A DNA stretch of 64,000 nt, from assembly GCA_032718475.1 (NCBI GenBank), contig JAUCBJ010007699.1:1-64000 (forward strand). Reading direction: 5' to 3'. Below are positions 11,430 to 24,740 of the stretch, in pieces. A program made the translations under genes and the position numbers. Positions within the stretch are counted from its first letter, which is position 1. Each line of letters opens with the position of its first letter. Source of the stretch: Nemertoderma westbladi. Taxonomy: Eukaryota; Animalia; Xenacoelomorpha. The notes below the pieces were generated by a model. That model ran no database searches, was not told the DNA's origin, and saw only the letters and a list, made by a program, of their open reading frames with translations.

Positions 11430-14070
11430 AATGCTTTTCACAGTGATAAGATCAGTGTGTGAGGTGTGAGTGATACTACGAGCATTAATTAAAACTAAAA
11501 TTGCTTTACGAACACGAATTGTGAATCATACCAGTGACTACCGAGTAGAGCTGAGAGATGAGTTCTCAATCTGTAGAGCAATGCAATGCAGTAGTGTAAT
11601 GAACAATGCAATAGAGGAGCCTGGCATACTATCTCTTGGGCCCACCGATGCGCATTCTACAACAAACGAGTGAAATCCGGTATACTTGACCGAGATTCTA
11701 CAAGAAACTAACGTTGAAGCCACTTCGTTGGAACCTTCAATGCAACATCCTCGAGAGGACGCTCAACTTCGCATACTTCAATCCCACAAAATGGGACAAG
11801 ACGTTAAGAGGATGATCAACATTGAGGAAAACCCGAATCGCAGATCCGGATTACCCGAGATACCGTTTCTCTTCCTACTCGACAACGATCTAACAAAACT
11901 GCAGGCAAAACAGGCGTTCCTACGGCGGCAGTCTCGCGGAAGTAGTAAATCGAGATCACTCCAACCGGACTACCTTTCCACCTCAGTTGCGCCAGTTAGT
12001 TCTCCGGGTCGTGTTGCACAGGTGTCGCGACCACGTAAATGCGGCTGATATACGCAACAATGTTCCCATCAGTCGAATGGTTCAGGGGCTTTCGGAAAAC
12101 GAGTAGGAGGAGAAACCAATCTCGATGATCCATTTCTGGAATGTGTTTTATTAAATGCGTGTTCACTTAAAAACAAACTTACAGATCTTGAGTGGATTCA
12201 GGAAACTTGTAATTATGCGTTGATTGGAATTACTGAGTCGACAGAGTTGAGGGTTGACAGAAGAAATTATTACTGATAAGATGCTTAGTTGCAATAACAA
12301 ATTCAGAGTATTTAGAAGTGACCGTGGATCAACTGGTGGTGGAGTTGCAGTTCTAGTTAGGGACGGGAATAAATGTGTGCCAGTTCCACTTCCTTCCCAT
12401 TTTGAAGGTATTGTGGAAGTTGTAGCAGTTGATTTATGTGAGCGGATTCAATTCCGCTGCATTACTCTCACAAAGTTAGGACAGTGGAGCCTTTTCAGTA
12501 ATATGTCGGAGGTACGAGATTGGTTATTACCAATCTCGTACCACAACCAATAACGTGGATAACACAAACCCCAAAACCACACAAAGGGAGGTTAGAGGTC
12601 AAACCACCTCGAGAGGGAAAGTAACCAACAGGGGACAACAGGGGGGGGGGGGGGGGGAAGCACTCCCAGAGAGGTGAGAGGCGTGAAGTAGGTTATCAGC
12701 CAATAGGAGCGGGGGAAAGCATCCACTGGACAAAGGCCACAGTAATGTAGAAATGATTACATATATTGTCAATGCATTCAGATGTCAGTTCAGTTATTCC
12801 AGTCATTAGTTTGAGTGCAGACCGGTGACATCTTTCACCGTCACCGTCACCGTCACCATCACCGATATATTATCACTACCGTATGTATACATTACATATA
12901 TTTCAACCTATGAACTGTGCTATCATTATTATTCATTTATCGATATTAACCAGCGAATATCAAAGCGATAACAACAAACTGCCATTTTATTTCAATACCA
13001 CACGGTGACGCGTAGTCTAACAAACCGGTCGGGATCCCTTGATCCCGTCACAATTTAGTAGGTAGTTCTCCTGGTTGGTTCATTTGTGTTTATAGGTCTG
13101 GTAACAAAGCAACTATTGATTTTGATAAATCGCTAGTTGAGTGTCTGAATTTCCTTTGTGATATTAGTTATCCCTGTGCTGTTGTTGGTGACTTCAATTT
13201 GCCCGACTATAATTGGGTAAATTTAAAACACCCTAATAATGCTGGTTACAATATTCTAGCTGAGTGTTTTTTGGAGAATAGTTTAAAACAGCTGCAATTA
13301 ATACCTACCAGAGGTGATAATGTATTGGATTTAATATTTGCTAGTGAAGACGTTTTTATTTCTAATATTGACGTTATAGAACCATTTTCTACAAGTGATC
13401 ATTCTTCGGTAATATTTAATATTTTAGCTGCCAACTGCAAAGTAACAGACGAGAATATTGGTTTTTACGATTTTAAACGTGCTGATTATGGTGAAATAAA
13501 TGGAGACTGGTCATCATTATTTATGAACTGTGTATCTGTAAACGATTTTTGGGATATTTTTAGTGCTACTTTGCGTTCTTGAATTTAACTTTTTATTCCA
13601 TTTATATGTTTTGAGTCCAAGAGAAAGGTTTTCCTTGAATTCGTGCGAATTTTGCAAAGAAGAAAAAAGTTACTCTGGCGACGCCGGCACATATTAAATG
13701 GTGATGTTGAGTACAAAAAGTGCGCCAAAGCAGCCGCTCAGGCTACTTTTCGTGCAGCATGTATAAGGGAGAACCATATTCTTAGCTCTGGAAATATCAG
13801 TGACATATTTACATACATTAATTCCAAACGTAAACTTAATTCAGGTATTTCACCTTTTAAGTATAAAGGGGCTACTGTTGTGGATAACTGTGAAAAAGCA
13901 CACATTCTGTCTCAGGTTTTCTCTGAAAATTTTTCGGTTGATAATGGTATTCTACCAGTTTTTGAACGACGGGTTTCACCTATTGTAAATTTATCTAGTG
14001 TTGAATTTACACCAGCTAAGATTGTGAGGATATTAAGTAAATTTTAAGCGAATACTAGTAGAACGCCAGT
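11430..14070 (+). mobile_element. Degraded CR1/L2-group LINE (ORF1 remnant and APE endonuclease), truncated before the RT, split by a solo LTR
   Basis: Endonuclease motifs LLNACSLKNK, IGITES, GGGVAVLV, ICVYRS, VGDFNLP, PTRGDNVLDLIF and SDH, with frameshifts and stops. Confidence 0.85.
12437..13052 (+). mobile_element. Solo LTR (616 bp) with 5-bp TSD ATTTA
   Basis: TGTGAGCGG...CCCGTCACA is flanked by ATTTA at 12432-12436 and 13053-13057. Removing it restores the LINE frame VAVDLVGSSPGWFICVYRS. Confidence 0.9.
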
Positions 14071-14724
14071 GTAACCTGGTTGTTTTCTCCTCGACCACAT
14101 TTTTACTGGTATCGAGTGTTGATATAAAAGGTGCCGTTTGCCCTTCGGTTATCACCTTAACTGTCTCACTAATATTACGAATTTCACTTGCACAACTTAT
14201 CATATAATGTTAGTTTTACTTTGTTATTCTGATTGCAAAGTTTAGTTTAGTTTGATAAATCATTTGCTATTTACGTTAAAATATACTGCAAACTCTGAAC
14301 ATGTAGCTTTTAGCCTTTCAGTTTTAATGAGGCTATATGCCTCAAAAAGCTATCCCCATTGTCGTACTTAATTTAAATAAACATTCCATGACAATAGCTT
14401 ACAGTATTACCATTTAGTTTCGTGTAATAACAAAATGTAGATATTCACCGCGTGACAGTATAAAATTAATGAAGTAATAAGCCTATTTAATTTAATTATA
14501 CTTGTACTGATTCGATTTATTTAAATAACATATTTTTTACATAAATTTTTAATCGCGCTAGAACCTTGTATGCACATAATAATGTTTCAATTTTACCTGT
14601 GTCTGTACAATGTACATGATGTTACTAATGTATTTTAATCAAATGTATAATTAATTATTGCATAATTGTAATGTAATGTATTTTTACACTAGACCGTATT
14701 TTTACGTGTTTTTACACTAGAGGG

Positions 14725-15488
14725 AGCCCAACGGCTCCTCAGCTCATTAGAACATGCTGCTTCTAGTGTTGGTCTTTTTATTAACTCCAGAAAGACCACA
14801 ATTTTGACAGTTAACTTTGAAAGTTCTCAGCAAGCTCCGGATGAGCATAAGCTCAAAGGATGGTATGCTTGAGCATGTGGACGACTTCTGTTACCTGGGA
14901 TCATGGATCCGGAAGTCAGGTGAGGACCTTCGAATACGTAAGGGAAAGGCATGGGCAGCCTTGAATAGGCTTTCCAGGATTTGGAAGTCACCTAGAATTA
15001 ATCGGAAACTTAAGGTCCGATTATTTAGAGCAGCAGTAGTTCCAGTACTCCTCTATGGGAGTCCATGCTGGGCTCTAACTGCTGAGGACACCAAATCTCT
15101 GGATGGCACATTCACAAGAATGCTACGCCGGGTTCATTGTGTCAAGTACAATGCACACATCTCCAACCTGACACTATATAACATTGGAGGTGTCTCATTG
15201 GTTCCCTCAAGCTTGACACTAGAACAAATTCGCCTCCGCTTTGCAGGACATTGCTTTCGCCGTGAGGACCAGCATCATTGGCAGCCTCATGGAGTGAATA
15301 AGCATGGTGGACAGCCCATGACTTTCTTGAGACGCATCTTAAAGGAAACTGGTCTTGAAGATGCGGATGATCTAGCAAATGTCATGGGTGATAGGGAGTT
15401 GTGGCGGCGCAATTTTGTCGACAAGCCGGCACAGCATTCTTAAAAATGCAGCTGCAATGCAGCATGCCGATACTAGTAGTAGTAGTAC
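14725..15488 (+). mobile_element. RTE-clade LINE 3' fragment with (TAG)n tail
   Basis: Motifs VDDFCYLGSW, LFRAAVVPVLLYG and RLRFAGHCFR; ends TAGTAGTAGTAG. Near-identical copy at 47760-48090. Confidence 0.9.
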
Positions 15489-16094
15489 TATAAAAGGTGC
15501 AGTTCGTCCTTTAGTTATCACTTAGCCTAACTTAGTTTAACTTCTACACTTCATATTTAGTTGAATCTTTAAAAGTGAAATCTTATTACTTTTAAAACTT
15601 TAGTTATGTTGTAAATGTTTAGTTTGTATTTCTGATTTACGTTAACATATACTTAAAAACTCAAACTATGTAGCTTTTGACGTATCTATCTTGATGCCCC
15701 AGCCTAACATTTGACGAATGACTGCCTAAACCTTTAGGCGACAGCAACGCAAGGGGGAGGAATGTCTCAAACGCATAAGGGACCCTCACCAATTGCCCAC
15801 ATGCATTCGAAAGTGATCCGCAAGCCTAGTGAGACTACCCAAGCCAAAGGTAAGACTTCGTTCGACGCTTTTACCCGCTGTAACACCGTAGATCAGGGTT
15901 AAGTGTGATGGCGTCCTGGGACGCCATAAAATTTAGGGGCGAAATATCTTGGATCCAGCCAGAAACCCCACAGTTGACCTGCATGATCTACAGGTGCTAA
16001 CAGGTGCGAGTTGGTGCTAGTAGTGCGCTCAGGTACACTAAGTGCAAATAGCACACTCCGTAATTTGGTGACTTTACCGTACTAGCTATTCCAA

Positions 16095-16333
16095 GGTCCC
16101 ACCTTGGTGTAGTGGTTGCATTGAATTCACATCTCCTGTAGGTCGTGGGCTCGATCCTCACATGGGCCAGGGCAGTTTTCGTTTCGGCACGAATGCTTTA
16201 AAGGGACCAGCCAGGGCGCATCTCTGCCTTGCATCCTTAAGTGGTAGCTAAATGGGACCACACTGGAAATAAGTCGTCTGACTTTGTGTGTAATCCCTGG
16301 CCTAGCGGCCGAAGAAAATTTACTTTTTTTACT
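16095..16333 (+). mobile_element. tRNA-derived SINE with LINE-derived 3' hairpin
   Basis: A box TGGTGTAGTGG and B-box-like GGCTCGATCC. The hairpin at 16254-16297 is homologous to the LINE 3' UTR at 19416-19459. T-rich tail. Confidence 0.7.
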
Positions 16334-16852
16334 CAGTAGGCCTACTGGACGGGTGTAGTTACTAACACCGTATTTGCCCGATGGAATTGTGAATATAGAA
16401 GGAGAGAGCGCCCCTTTTGACGTCAGTTTGTAAGTATTTACGCTTTTAGAGAGCGACTAGCTTATTCTAGTAGCTAGCGCCCGAATTATTATTTTGTTAA
16501 AAGTCACCAAAACCTAGTATTATAGATCGTGAAAACATTGCGCTTTGCCATAACATACGCACACACACATACGCGTCTTAGATTTCTGTTCTACTACTGA
16601 TATTATTATATTTTGACTGTCTTATCCGCCGGCAGTATCGTTTACGCTCGTGTTCGGTCAACTCACTGGCTCGTTATTATACCCATATAAATCACACCGC
16701 GGCAAGTCTGCAGTAGTTTTAGGTCCATTAGCGGTAGTTAGGATTCGCTGCGCGGGATTGTTTCTCGCGAGTTTGGTCTGTTTTCTGTAGACTGTATTTC
16801 TGCCTCACCGGTTAGTGACCGGTCACCCTGATTGTCAAGTTAGCCCGGGCAA

Positions 16853-19225
16853 TTGATTCGCCCAAGTTTAGTGGAAGACATCAGGCACCGATCGCGCCTT
16901 TGTAATAATACCGATATTATTTCTCAATCTGGGGTTTTACCTATAGGTCTAAGCGATCATTTTATAGTTTTTTGCACAAGAAAGACACAAAAATCTTTTT
17001 TCGGGGATCATAAAACAGTAACAGTTAGGTCTATGAAAAATTACAGCAAGGAACGCTTTTTAAGTTTGTTAGTTAATTCTGACTGGGAACCCTGTTTTAA
17101 GGCCGCTGACATTAACCTTGCGTACACTGTTTTTAAAGATATATTTTTAAAGGCACTTAATACTGTAGCACCAATTAAAGAAATTAGTCTTAAACAACGC
17201 ACTGAGCCCTGGATGACCTCGGGTATTCTTAGTAATATCAGAGAAAGAGATAACTATTTGTATAAATTTAGGAAATACCGTGTTTTAGCTGATTATAATA
17301 ATTACTGCAAATATAGAAACCTTGTCCAACGGGAAATAAAAAAAGCTAAATCTGAATATTTGTACAACAAAATAAGTGAGAATAAAGATAATCCAAAAAG
17401 TCTATGGTCTACCCTAAAATCTTTAGGTTATAAAAACCTTAAATCTAAATCGAATATTGTTCTGCAAGATAACGGTGAGCTGATTCATGATCATACTCTA
17501 GTTAGTAATTTATTTAATAATTATTTTACTAATGTTGCCTCTAATTTAGTTAAGAAATTACCGTTATCAAGTAATAAATATAGTATAGGGTCCGAAACTC
17601 TAAATAATTTTTATTTAGAAAAGTTACAAAATTCAGAAAAGTTATTTTTAAAACCCGTTTCTGAGGATTTCGTTTTTAAAAATCTACTTAGCCTATCAGC
17701 CTCAAAAAGTACCGGTCTAGACCTAATACCTGCCCGTTTTCTTAAGGATGGTGCTGAAGTACTTAAAGTGCCTATTACTTTTATTATTAATTACTCTATC
17801 GTAGATAATGTAGTACCAGACGAACTGAAATTAGCTAAGGTTGTTCCTCTGTATAAAAAGAATAGTAAAGTAGAACCCTGTAATTACAGACCTGTTAGTA
17901 TCTTAAGTATTGTATCTAAAATTCTAGAACGTTCTGTTTTTCTACAGCTGGAGGCACATCTTAGTAGGCTAAATCTGATCTATGAACTTCAGTCCGGTTT
18001 TCGTAAATCATATTCTACAGACACCTGCCTTATTAACTTAACTGATACAATTAGATGTAATAACGCAAAGGGTTTATATACTGGTATGGTAATGTTGGAC
18101 CTACAAAAGGCTTTCGATACTGTAGATCACGAAATTCTGCTTGGTAAGTTAGGCCTGATGGGTGTAGGTTCTATAGACTGGTTCAAGTCCTACCTGTCAG
18201 ACAGAGGTCAAACTGTAGTCATTAGCAAATCGCTGTCTACTGTACAAGAGATTACCTGTGGTGTACCGCAAGGTAGTATATTAGGTCCTCTGCTTTTTGT
18301 ATGCTATGTAAATGATATGATAAGTAGTATAGATCCCGATTTTAAACTCATTTTATATGCCGACGACAGTGCTCTTATTTTCTCTCATAAAGATCCTATC
18401 CATATTTCCCAAAAGTTAAGTGCAGTTCTAGAATCCTGTAATGAGTGGTTGGTTGATAATAAGCTATCCATTCACTACGGTAAAACTGAAAGTATTTTGT
18501 TTGGTTCCAAAAGAAAGTTAAAGAAGGTAACTAAGTTTGAAGTCACTAGTAATGGACATAAGATTGAAAATAAAAAGGAAGTTAAATATTTAGGCGCCAC
18601 ATTGGATAACTGCTTATCAGGAGAAAGTACAGTGAAAAACATTTTCTCGAAAGTTAACAGTAGGCTTAGGTTTCTATACAGAAATAAAAATAGTTTGAAC
18701 ACCGACTCCCGCAAGTTACTTTGCTCTTCTTTAATACAGTGTCACATGGACTATGCGTGCTCTTCTTGGTATGAAGGCTTAACCAAACAGCTTAAATGTA
18801 AATTACAAGTAGCTCAGAATAAAGTAGTACGATTTATTAAAGACTACAAACCTAGGCACCACCTAACTCCAGATGACTTTTCTGAATCTGGACTACTTAA
18901 CTTAGATAGTAGAGTTAAGCAGCTACGCCTTAACCATGTGCATAAAGTGTATAATGGTAAATGTCCCAATTACCTAAAACAAAAATTCAACAGAGTACGC
19001 GATACACACTCTTACAGTACCAGAGCTAGTGCTTCAAACTTCTACCTCCCGAATTGTAAATCCTTTGAATCTGATACTTTCTTTTTTAACGGCATAAAAA
19101 ATTGGAACGCTCTGCCTAATGAAATTAAAAACCTAAATAATCAACATTCTTTTAAATCTGCAGTTAAATCTCATCTCCGTGTGCAATGTAAAAATAGGTA
19201 CAATAGTGCTACAGTAAGTTATTAG
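16853..19225 (+). CDS. L2/CR1-group LINE ORF2, 5'-truncated (endonuclease end plus complete RT)
   Basis: Motifs [48 protein letters not shown] and KYLG in 790 uninterrupted codons. Confidence 0.95.
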   Translation: MIRPSLVEDIRHRSRLCNNTDIISQSGVLPIGLSDHFIVFCTRKTQKSFFGDHKTVTVRSMKNYSKERFLSLLVNSDWEPCFKAADINLAYTVFKDIFLKALNTVAPIKEISLKQRTEPWMTSGILSNIRERDNYLYKFRKYRVLADYNNYCKYRNLVQREIKKAKSEYLYNKISENKDNPKSLWSTLKSLGYKNLKSKSNIVLQDNGELIHDHTLVSNLFNNYFTNVASNLVKKLPLSSNKYSIGSETLNNFYLEKLQNSEKLFLKPVSEDFVFKNLLSLSASKSTGLDLIPARFLKDGAEVLKVPITFIINYSIVDNVVPDELKLAKVVPLYKKNSKVEPCNYRPVSILSIVSKILERSVFLQLEAHLSRLNLIYELQSGFRKSYSTDTCLINLTDTIRCNNAKGLYTGMVMLDLQKAFDTVDHEILLGKLGLMGVGSIDWFKSYLSDRGQTVVISKSLSTVQEITCGVPQGSILGPLLFVCYVNDMISSIDPDFKLILYADDSALIFSHKDPIHISQKLSAVLESCNEWLVDNKLSIHYGKTESILFGSKRKLKKVTKFEVTSNGHKIENKKEVKYLGATLDNCLSGESTVKNIFSKVNSRLRFLYRNKNSLNTDSRKLLCSSLIQCHMDYACSSWYEGLTKQLKCKLQVAQNKVVRFIKDYKPRHHLTPDDFSESGLLNLDSRVKQLRLNHVHKVYNGKCPNYLKQKFNRVRDTHSYSTRASASNFYLPNCKSFESDTFFFNGIKNWNALPNEIKNLNNQHSFKSAVKSHLRVQCKNRYNSATVSY

Positions 19226-19554
19226 TTTATTAATTATTTACTATTTATACTGTAATTACGTTTTATAATAAATTGTTCTGTACATTACATCTTTATCGTT
19301 GAGTCGGACATTGTCACGCTCTCGGTAAAGTTGTACATGTACATAGTGTAATTACGTTTTATATGGGTTTTAGGTTAGCGTAGTGTAATATTGTATTTGT
19401 AACCAAGTAACATAAAGGACCCCCTTGGAAATAAGCTGCAAAGCTTTAGGGGTAATCCTATATGTTATGTTGGACAATACCTTTATACCGGTACATTGTT
19501 TGGTGTATTTGTTATTGTTTTTACATAATGTATAAATAAATCTATCTATCTATC
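16900..19554 (+). mobile_element. Young L2/CR1-group LINE copy with 3' UTR and (TATC)n tail
   Basis: Intact RT frame, about 330-bp UTR, AATAAA followed by TCTATCTATCTATC. Confidence 0.9.
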
Positions 19555-19924
19555 AGCAGCAGCAGTTTGTGTACTTTTAGTATCTATTATTAGGCCCCGA
19601 CTGCATTGGAACTTTACATCACTACTTGATTAATTTAATACTAGCAATGAATGTATCTGGAGTTGGGAGATATTAATATAATGGTGGAGGTCATTACGAA
19701 CCTTAGTAGGACCTAAGTCGATTCCTACTGGGGTACTTTACTCCTTACGGTATCGAGTCTGTATGTTGAGTTGAGTTAGGTAGTTGCCAATCTCAATACT
19801 GCAATATAATATACCTTATTGGAACATTGTTATTTATTGTTCAGTTGACTGCCTATGGCAGAACATACCAATAATATAATATAATTTACGATTGTCTTGA
19901 CCTTGAGTGCTCATCTTAACTGAC

Positions 19925-20048
19925 CTTGAAGATACGGATAATCTCGCAAAAGTCATGGGTGCATTTTGGCGGCGCAATTTAGTTGACAAGCTGACATTTT
20001 TAATTTAACATTTTTAATAAATATGCAGCTGCAATGCAGCATGCCGAA
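19925..20048 (+). mobile_element. Decayed 3' tip of the same RTE family
   Basis: CTTGAAGATACGGAT...GGCGGCGCAATTT...ATGCAGCTGCAATGCAGCATGCCGA matches 15354-15470. Confidence 0.75.
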
Positions 20049-20076
20049 TATAAATACTGTAGCTAGGTTTGCTTAC

Positions 20077-20762
20077 CTTAAACCATCGATATCCAACATT
20101 GGCCACACTGCTCTCAGTTGGAACAACAGCGACTCGCAGTCGCCTAAGAAAGCTCTGCAATTTCCAATGACACCGCCATTCCAGACAAGCTTGTAGTAGT
20201 CATTGAGGAACGTGTTCCACGTGGAATCCGAATTCGCGGTCGGTGTCTCTCCTCTATCTATATCGTCATTCATTTTACTTTTAAGAAATTTTCGAAGGAC
20301 ACTGATGGATTGAACAACTATTGAGTTGGATACTGATACTATTTTTTTCTTCAACTTTCCGGTTGTGTCCGGTTTGTTTCCGGTTGGTTCACTTTGTATA
20401 TTTTCCGAGTTCGATGTTACTTTAATTTGACTGCTGTTACCAACAGTGTCTTTGGATTGATCATTTTCTAGGTATTTCTTCTTAGCATCATTAGCATCGT
20501 CAGTCTGTGGCTCATTATTTACTTCCTGACTATCAACGGGGCTTGAATTATGAACGTGAAGAGATTCATCTCTTAGCGAATCCTCCTGCAAACAATACTC
20601 CGAGACCCATCGAAGGACCGACATACACGCGGTCAGATAGAAATCCTCTATGAACGCATCTCTGTCGTCGGCGGAACCGAGTTTATAGCAGCGAGGGAAA
20701 AACTGATCCGGGTCCAAGTCTAGGAACCAGTGGAGTTGGCGGAGGTTTTCGCACAAACCAAC
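20077..20762 (-). CDS. TTLL3: TTLL3/TTLL8-like exon (686 bp)
   Basis: attttag|GTT GGT TTG...TTA AG|gtaagc encodes VGLCENLRQLHWF...FFPRCYKLG...AFIEDFYLTA...PMLDIDGLR, matching TTLL3 VGLCLNLRNLPWF, FFPRCY and FIEDFWLTA. Confidence 0.95.
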
Positions 20763-20803
20763 CTAAAATCGAAATATTTGCAAAAATATTTGTGATTTAC
20801 TCC

Positions 20804-21196
20804 TGTGAGCGGATTCAATTCCGCCTCACTATCCCCATAAAGTTGGGAAGTGGCGCCCTTTTTTCAGCAATATTGGAGATACGAGATTAATAGCAATCAA
20901 TCTCGTATCACACCCAATAACGGGACAACATACACCCCAAGAGCCACACAAAGGGAGGTTAGAGGTCAAACCACCTCGAGAGGGCAGATAACCAACAGCG
21001 GGGGGGGGGGGGGGGGGGGGAGAGGTGAGGCGTGAAGTGGGTTATAGGCCAATGGGAGACCGGGAAAGCATCCGCTAAGTAATAAGGCCACAGTACCGTA
21101 AGGGTGATTAGATATATTATCAGTATATTGTCATTCCAGTTTTAGTTTACTCAGTCACTCAGTGCAGACCGGTGAGATTTCGCACCGTCACCGTCA
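20804..21196 (+). mobile_element. Truncated copy of the solo-LTR family at 12437
   Basis: Starts TGTGAGCGGATTCAATTCCGC and is colinear with 12437-12850. It stops at the (AT)n tail of the neighbouring LINE. Confidence 0.85.
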
Positions 21197-21382
21197 GTAT
21201 ATATATATATATATGTTTTATTGACCAATTACGAAGTTTGATAAATTCAATATAGTAACACCAAACGCATTAGTCCAAATTATACAACTAGTAGGTAATT
21301 AATAGTATCACTTAAATACAAAGGCTGACAAAGGCTGTATACAAAGGCTGAATTATTAAATTATTACTTTAATCTAGTTCAC

Positions 21383-21415
<33 letters not shown>

Positions 21416-21660
21416 AATTATATGACCTAGATATATAATGACCTAGACACTATCATTAAGCCACAGAATAATCAATTTCATCAAATATTATTTTAAATTA
21501 AGGCTAGCTACATAACATTACACCAAAATATATATTTGTGGATTTCAATTAAATCATAAACTTAGTACACAGGCGTCTATTATAACCATTATACTAAAAA
21601 TGCGAATAATATATAAATTTGAATCAGAGAATTGTATTTCATTATAAAAACAAAAACAAA

Positions 21661-24600
21661 TCAATCTTCAAGGATTCGTAGCACGTCAAAGATAAATTTA
21701 GCAAGCAAATCCATGTGTGCACAACTAAGCACTGTTTCACAGGATTGAAAATTTATTATATTTGTCAACGGTAACCTTAGAGGGGTGATAAGGGGGCAAT
21801 CAAGCAACACATGTCGTTCAGTTTGGACGGACCCGCATCGACAAATTCTTGAGCTCGCTGGTATTCGCGACCAACGGCCAGTTTCCACAGCCAGGTGGGT
21901 TGACAGTAATTTAAATCGTGTTAAAGCAATGCGGTGCGGCTCCGAAATATGTGCAACATGTTGAACATGAAAGAGAGGACATTTCTGTAGTGATGGATTA
22001 AAATCACGGTAAACTAATCGGCGTGTTGAGTTACTATTTGAAACCCTGTCAATCAAGTTGTCACGAAATTGTTTTCCACTGTCTCCAGCGTCTAATAGTT
22101 TTTTTACTGCTTTTGCCATAGGAGATGAGACAGAATCGGCAAGGCTAAGTGCAAACCACAGGAGTTCGTGTCTCTCTGGGTCCTCAATCGATTTAGCTAG
22201 GAAGTTTAGCTGTCTTTTTTTTACGATTGTTTCAACATCTAAAAGACCAGATTCAAGAAACATAAGGTCGTGGCAAACAGAAGATCGGACTCCAAGGGCA
22301 CCCTTTAGCATTTCACAATATTTTACATTAACACTTGTGACAGATGCACCAATCCAAGATTCACAGCCATACAGAAGAGCACTTGTTACACCAGCCCTCA
22401 GAACTTGGAGTTTTACACTTATTGGAGCCATATTATGCTTAGACAAGAATGAATGATACTTTAAAACGTGCTTTGATTTATCTTTTAAGTGCAGGTTAAT
22501 AACATCTGAAATTCTCCCAGACTGAGCAATCGGAGAACCCAAGTAAACGTAATGTAAACAGTTATTAATTGTAAGACTGCTATCAATTACTATAGGATTT
22601 AGATCATCGGCTACACCACCAATAACCATAAATTTAGTCTTTTTCTGGTTTATTCTTAGTCCAAATTCATTACAAAACTGCACTAGCGCCATTAGCTTCT
22701 GAATACATTTAGGCCGAGACGTGGCTAATATTGCAGAGTCATCGACTAATAACAGTGCATGAAGGGCATTCAAAAAACCATCTGGGCCGAGAGACTTCAA
22801 GAGTTTTATTAGTGGGTTAACATACAGAGTAAATAAGTGTAAGCTGGATGGCCCACCCTGCAAAACTCCAACAGATATGAGGAACGTTTCATCTCCAATA
22901 CACCCATAGGACAACCTATACAACTCCCGTAAGGCATTTAACATCCGCGTACCGCATCCCATATCATGCAGCAGATCAATAAGCTTCTTCCTGTTGACAG
23001 TATCAAATGCGGCTGAGAAATCTACAAAAACAATGAAGAGCTTCTGCTTTGTAAATTTCGAATAATTGATAATTAGTTGTAAAGTTGTTATTTATTCTAA
23101 GCAGCCTCTATGCTTCTGTGCACCTGCCTGCTCCTTGTCTGGATTAGCCCATAGACGGATCCGGGAGTGTAACATACTATCGTAAAGTTTTAAGAATGCA
23201 ACCATAACCCCAATACCACGATAATTGCTACAAAGTGATTTATCATCACGTTTGAATACAGGAACAAACTTGCTAGTTCTCCATGCTGAAGGAAAGTCAC
23301 CACTAAACACAATGTTAAAAAGGGTAACTAATAGTTTGATAAGTGCTATTGGGCTATGGCGTAACAAACCTGGCCCAAGTCCATCCACGCCTGATGATTT
23401 ATTGGGTTTGAGTTTACTGATATGATCTTTAACTTCTTCTTCCGATATGTCATCATCGAGGACAGGGATGTATGGGCCTGTTGTATACGGTTGGTTTAAT
23501 GTATCTCTCTCCAAAGTTTCAGAGTCTTGATTATTAAGTAGCTTACTAAAATAAGAAACAAAATCGCGATCTAAAGGTGTGGTGTCGGCAGTTTGTTCAG
23601 GCCTACAAGTAATTTTTCCTTTCCAGTTTATTCTATCCCAGATAGCCTTGGGGCTACCTGCCGTAAGTAAAGATATCCAAGAGCTCCCAGGTGAAGAGTT
23701 TCCATCGAGACTACTTGGGTTTTTACGACGGCTGTTTGCTGCACAGGAAATTAATGAAGTAACAACAGTTCCAGCCACATAATCAGATGAACTGTCACAC
23801 GGAATGTTCATAGCTGTAATTGATGACTGCACCTCATTATTATATTTATTCATGTCTACATTGTCTGGATAGTAGCTCGCATGTTTCGGCCCTAAATTCG
23901 CCTTTTCGTAGTAACTATAGTCACCTAGGTGAGAAGCAGCAAGCGATATTGATGATGAAGGTACCCCATTTACATCGAATCTCATATTCAGATAGATAGG
24001 TGAGTGATCAGATGGTAGATTATTTAACTGTAACACATCGAAACTATCAATTAACGATAATAATTTTAAGCTTATTAACGCGCGGTCGATTTCAGAGATG
24101 TACATGTCTTTCCGTTTAAATGTCAAACCACCGCCTAATGAACGACTATTGAACGTTGCATGGCTAAGGTTTACTAATTCACAGTCTTCACAAAGCTGTA
24201 TCAATCTTTTGCCATTGCTATTTCTGAAAGTGTCAATGACATTTTTAAAAGTTACAATAGATTTGCAATAATTGAAAGCATCATTTAGATCACCAAATCT
24301 GGAATTTATATCCCCCATCAATACAATACTTTCATGTCTTGCCACACCCAGAGCTTTACTTTGAATGTCTGCTATAATTGTGGGATCGAAATAGCGTGAG
24401 TCAGAAGGGGGTAAGTACGCCGTACCGAAAATTATATCTGGAATATTTTTTAAGCGAAACCATATTTGTTCATGCGACTTATCGATGCAGTATAAAAGTG
24501 GCCATAGACTGTTCTTCACAAGTACGGCAACACCACCTCGGTGACCTTTTTCTGTAGCTATATTACGTACGGCAACAAAACCAGGGACACAGAATGGGTA

Positions 24601-24720
24601 TGAAGTTTTTAACTCTTGAATAAATACGAAATCCATTCTACTAAATAAATCCAGTACATTTGGTAATAAAAATTTCTCAGCAATTCCACCCATATTCCAA
24701 GATAAAAAAGAAAGACTATT
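21661..24720 (-). pseudogene. LINE ORF2 (APE endonuclease, RT, C-terminal Cys/His knuckle) with one in-frame stop
   Basis: Motifs SWNMGG, FIQE, MGDINSR, SDHSP, NYRGI, FVDFSAAFD, GVLQG, LLVDD, YVYLG and CRCGSVQTERHVLLDC. The two track ORFs share a frame and are split only by TAA at 23092-23094. Confidence 0.9.
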
Positions 24721-24740
24721 AGTTTGCGTTTGGTGTGAGT

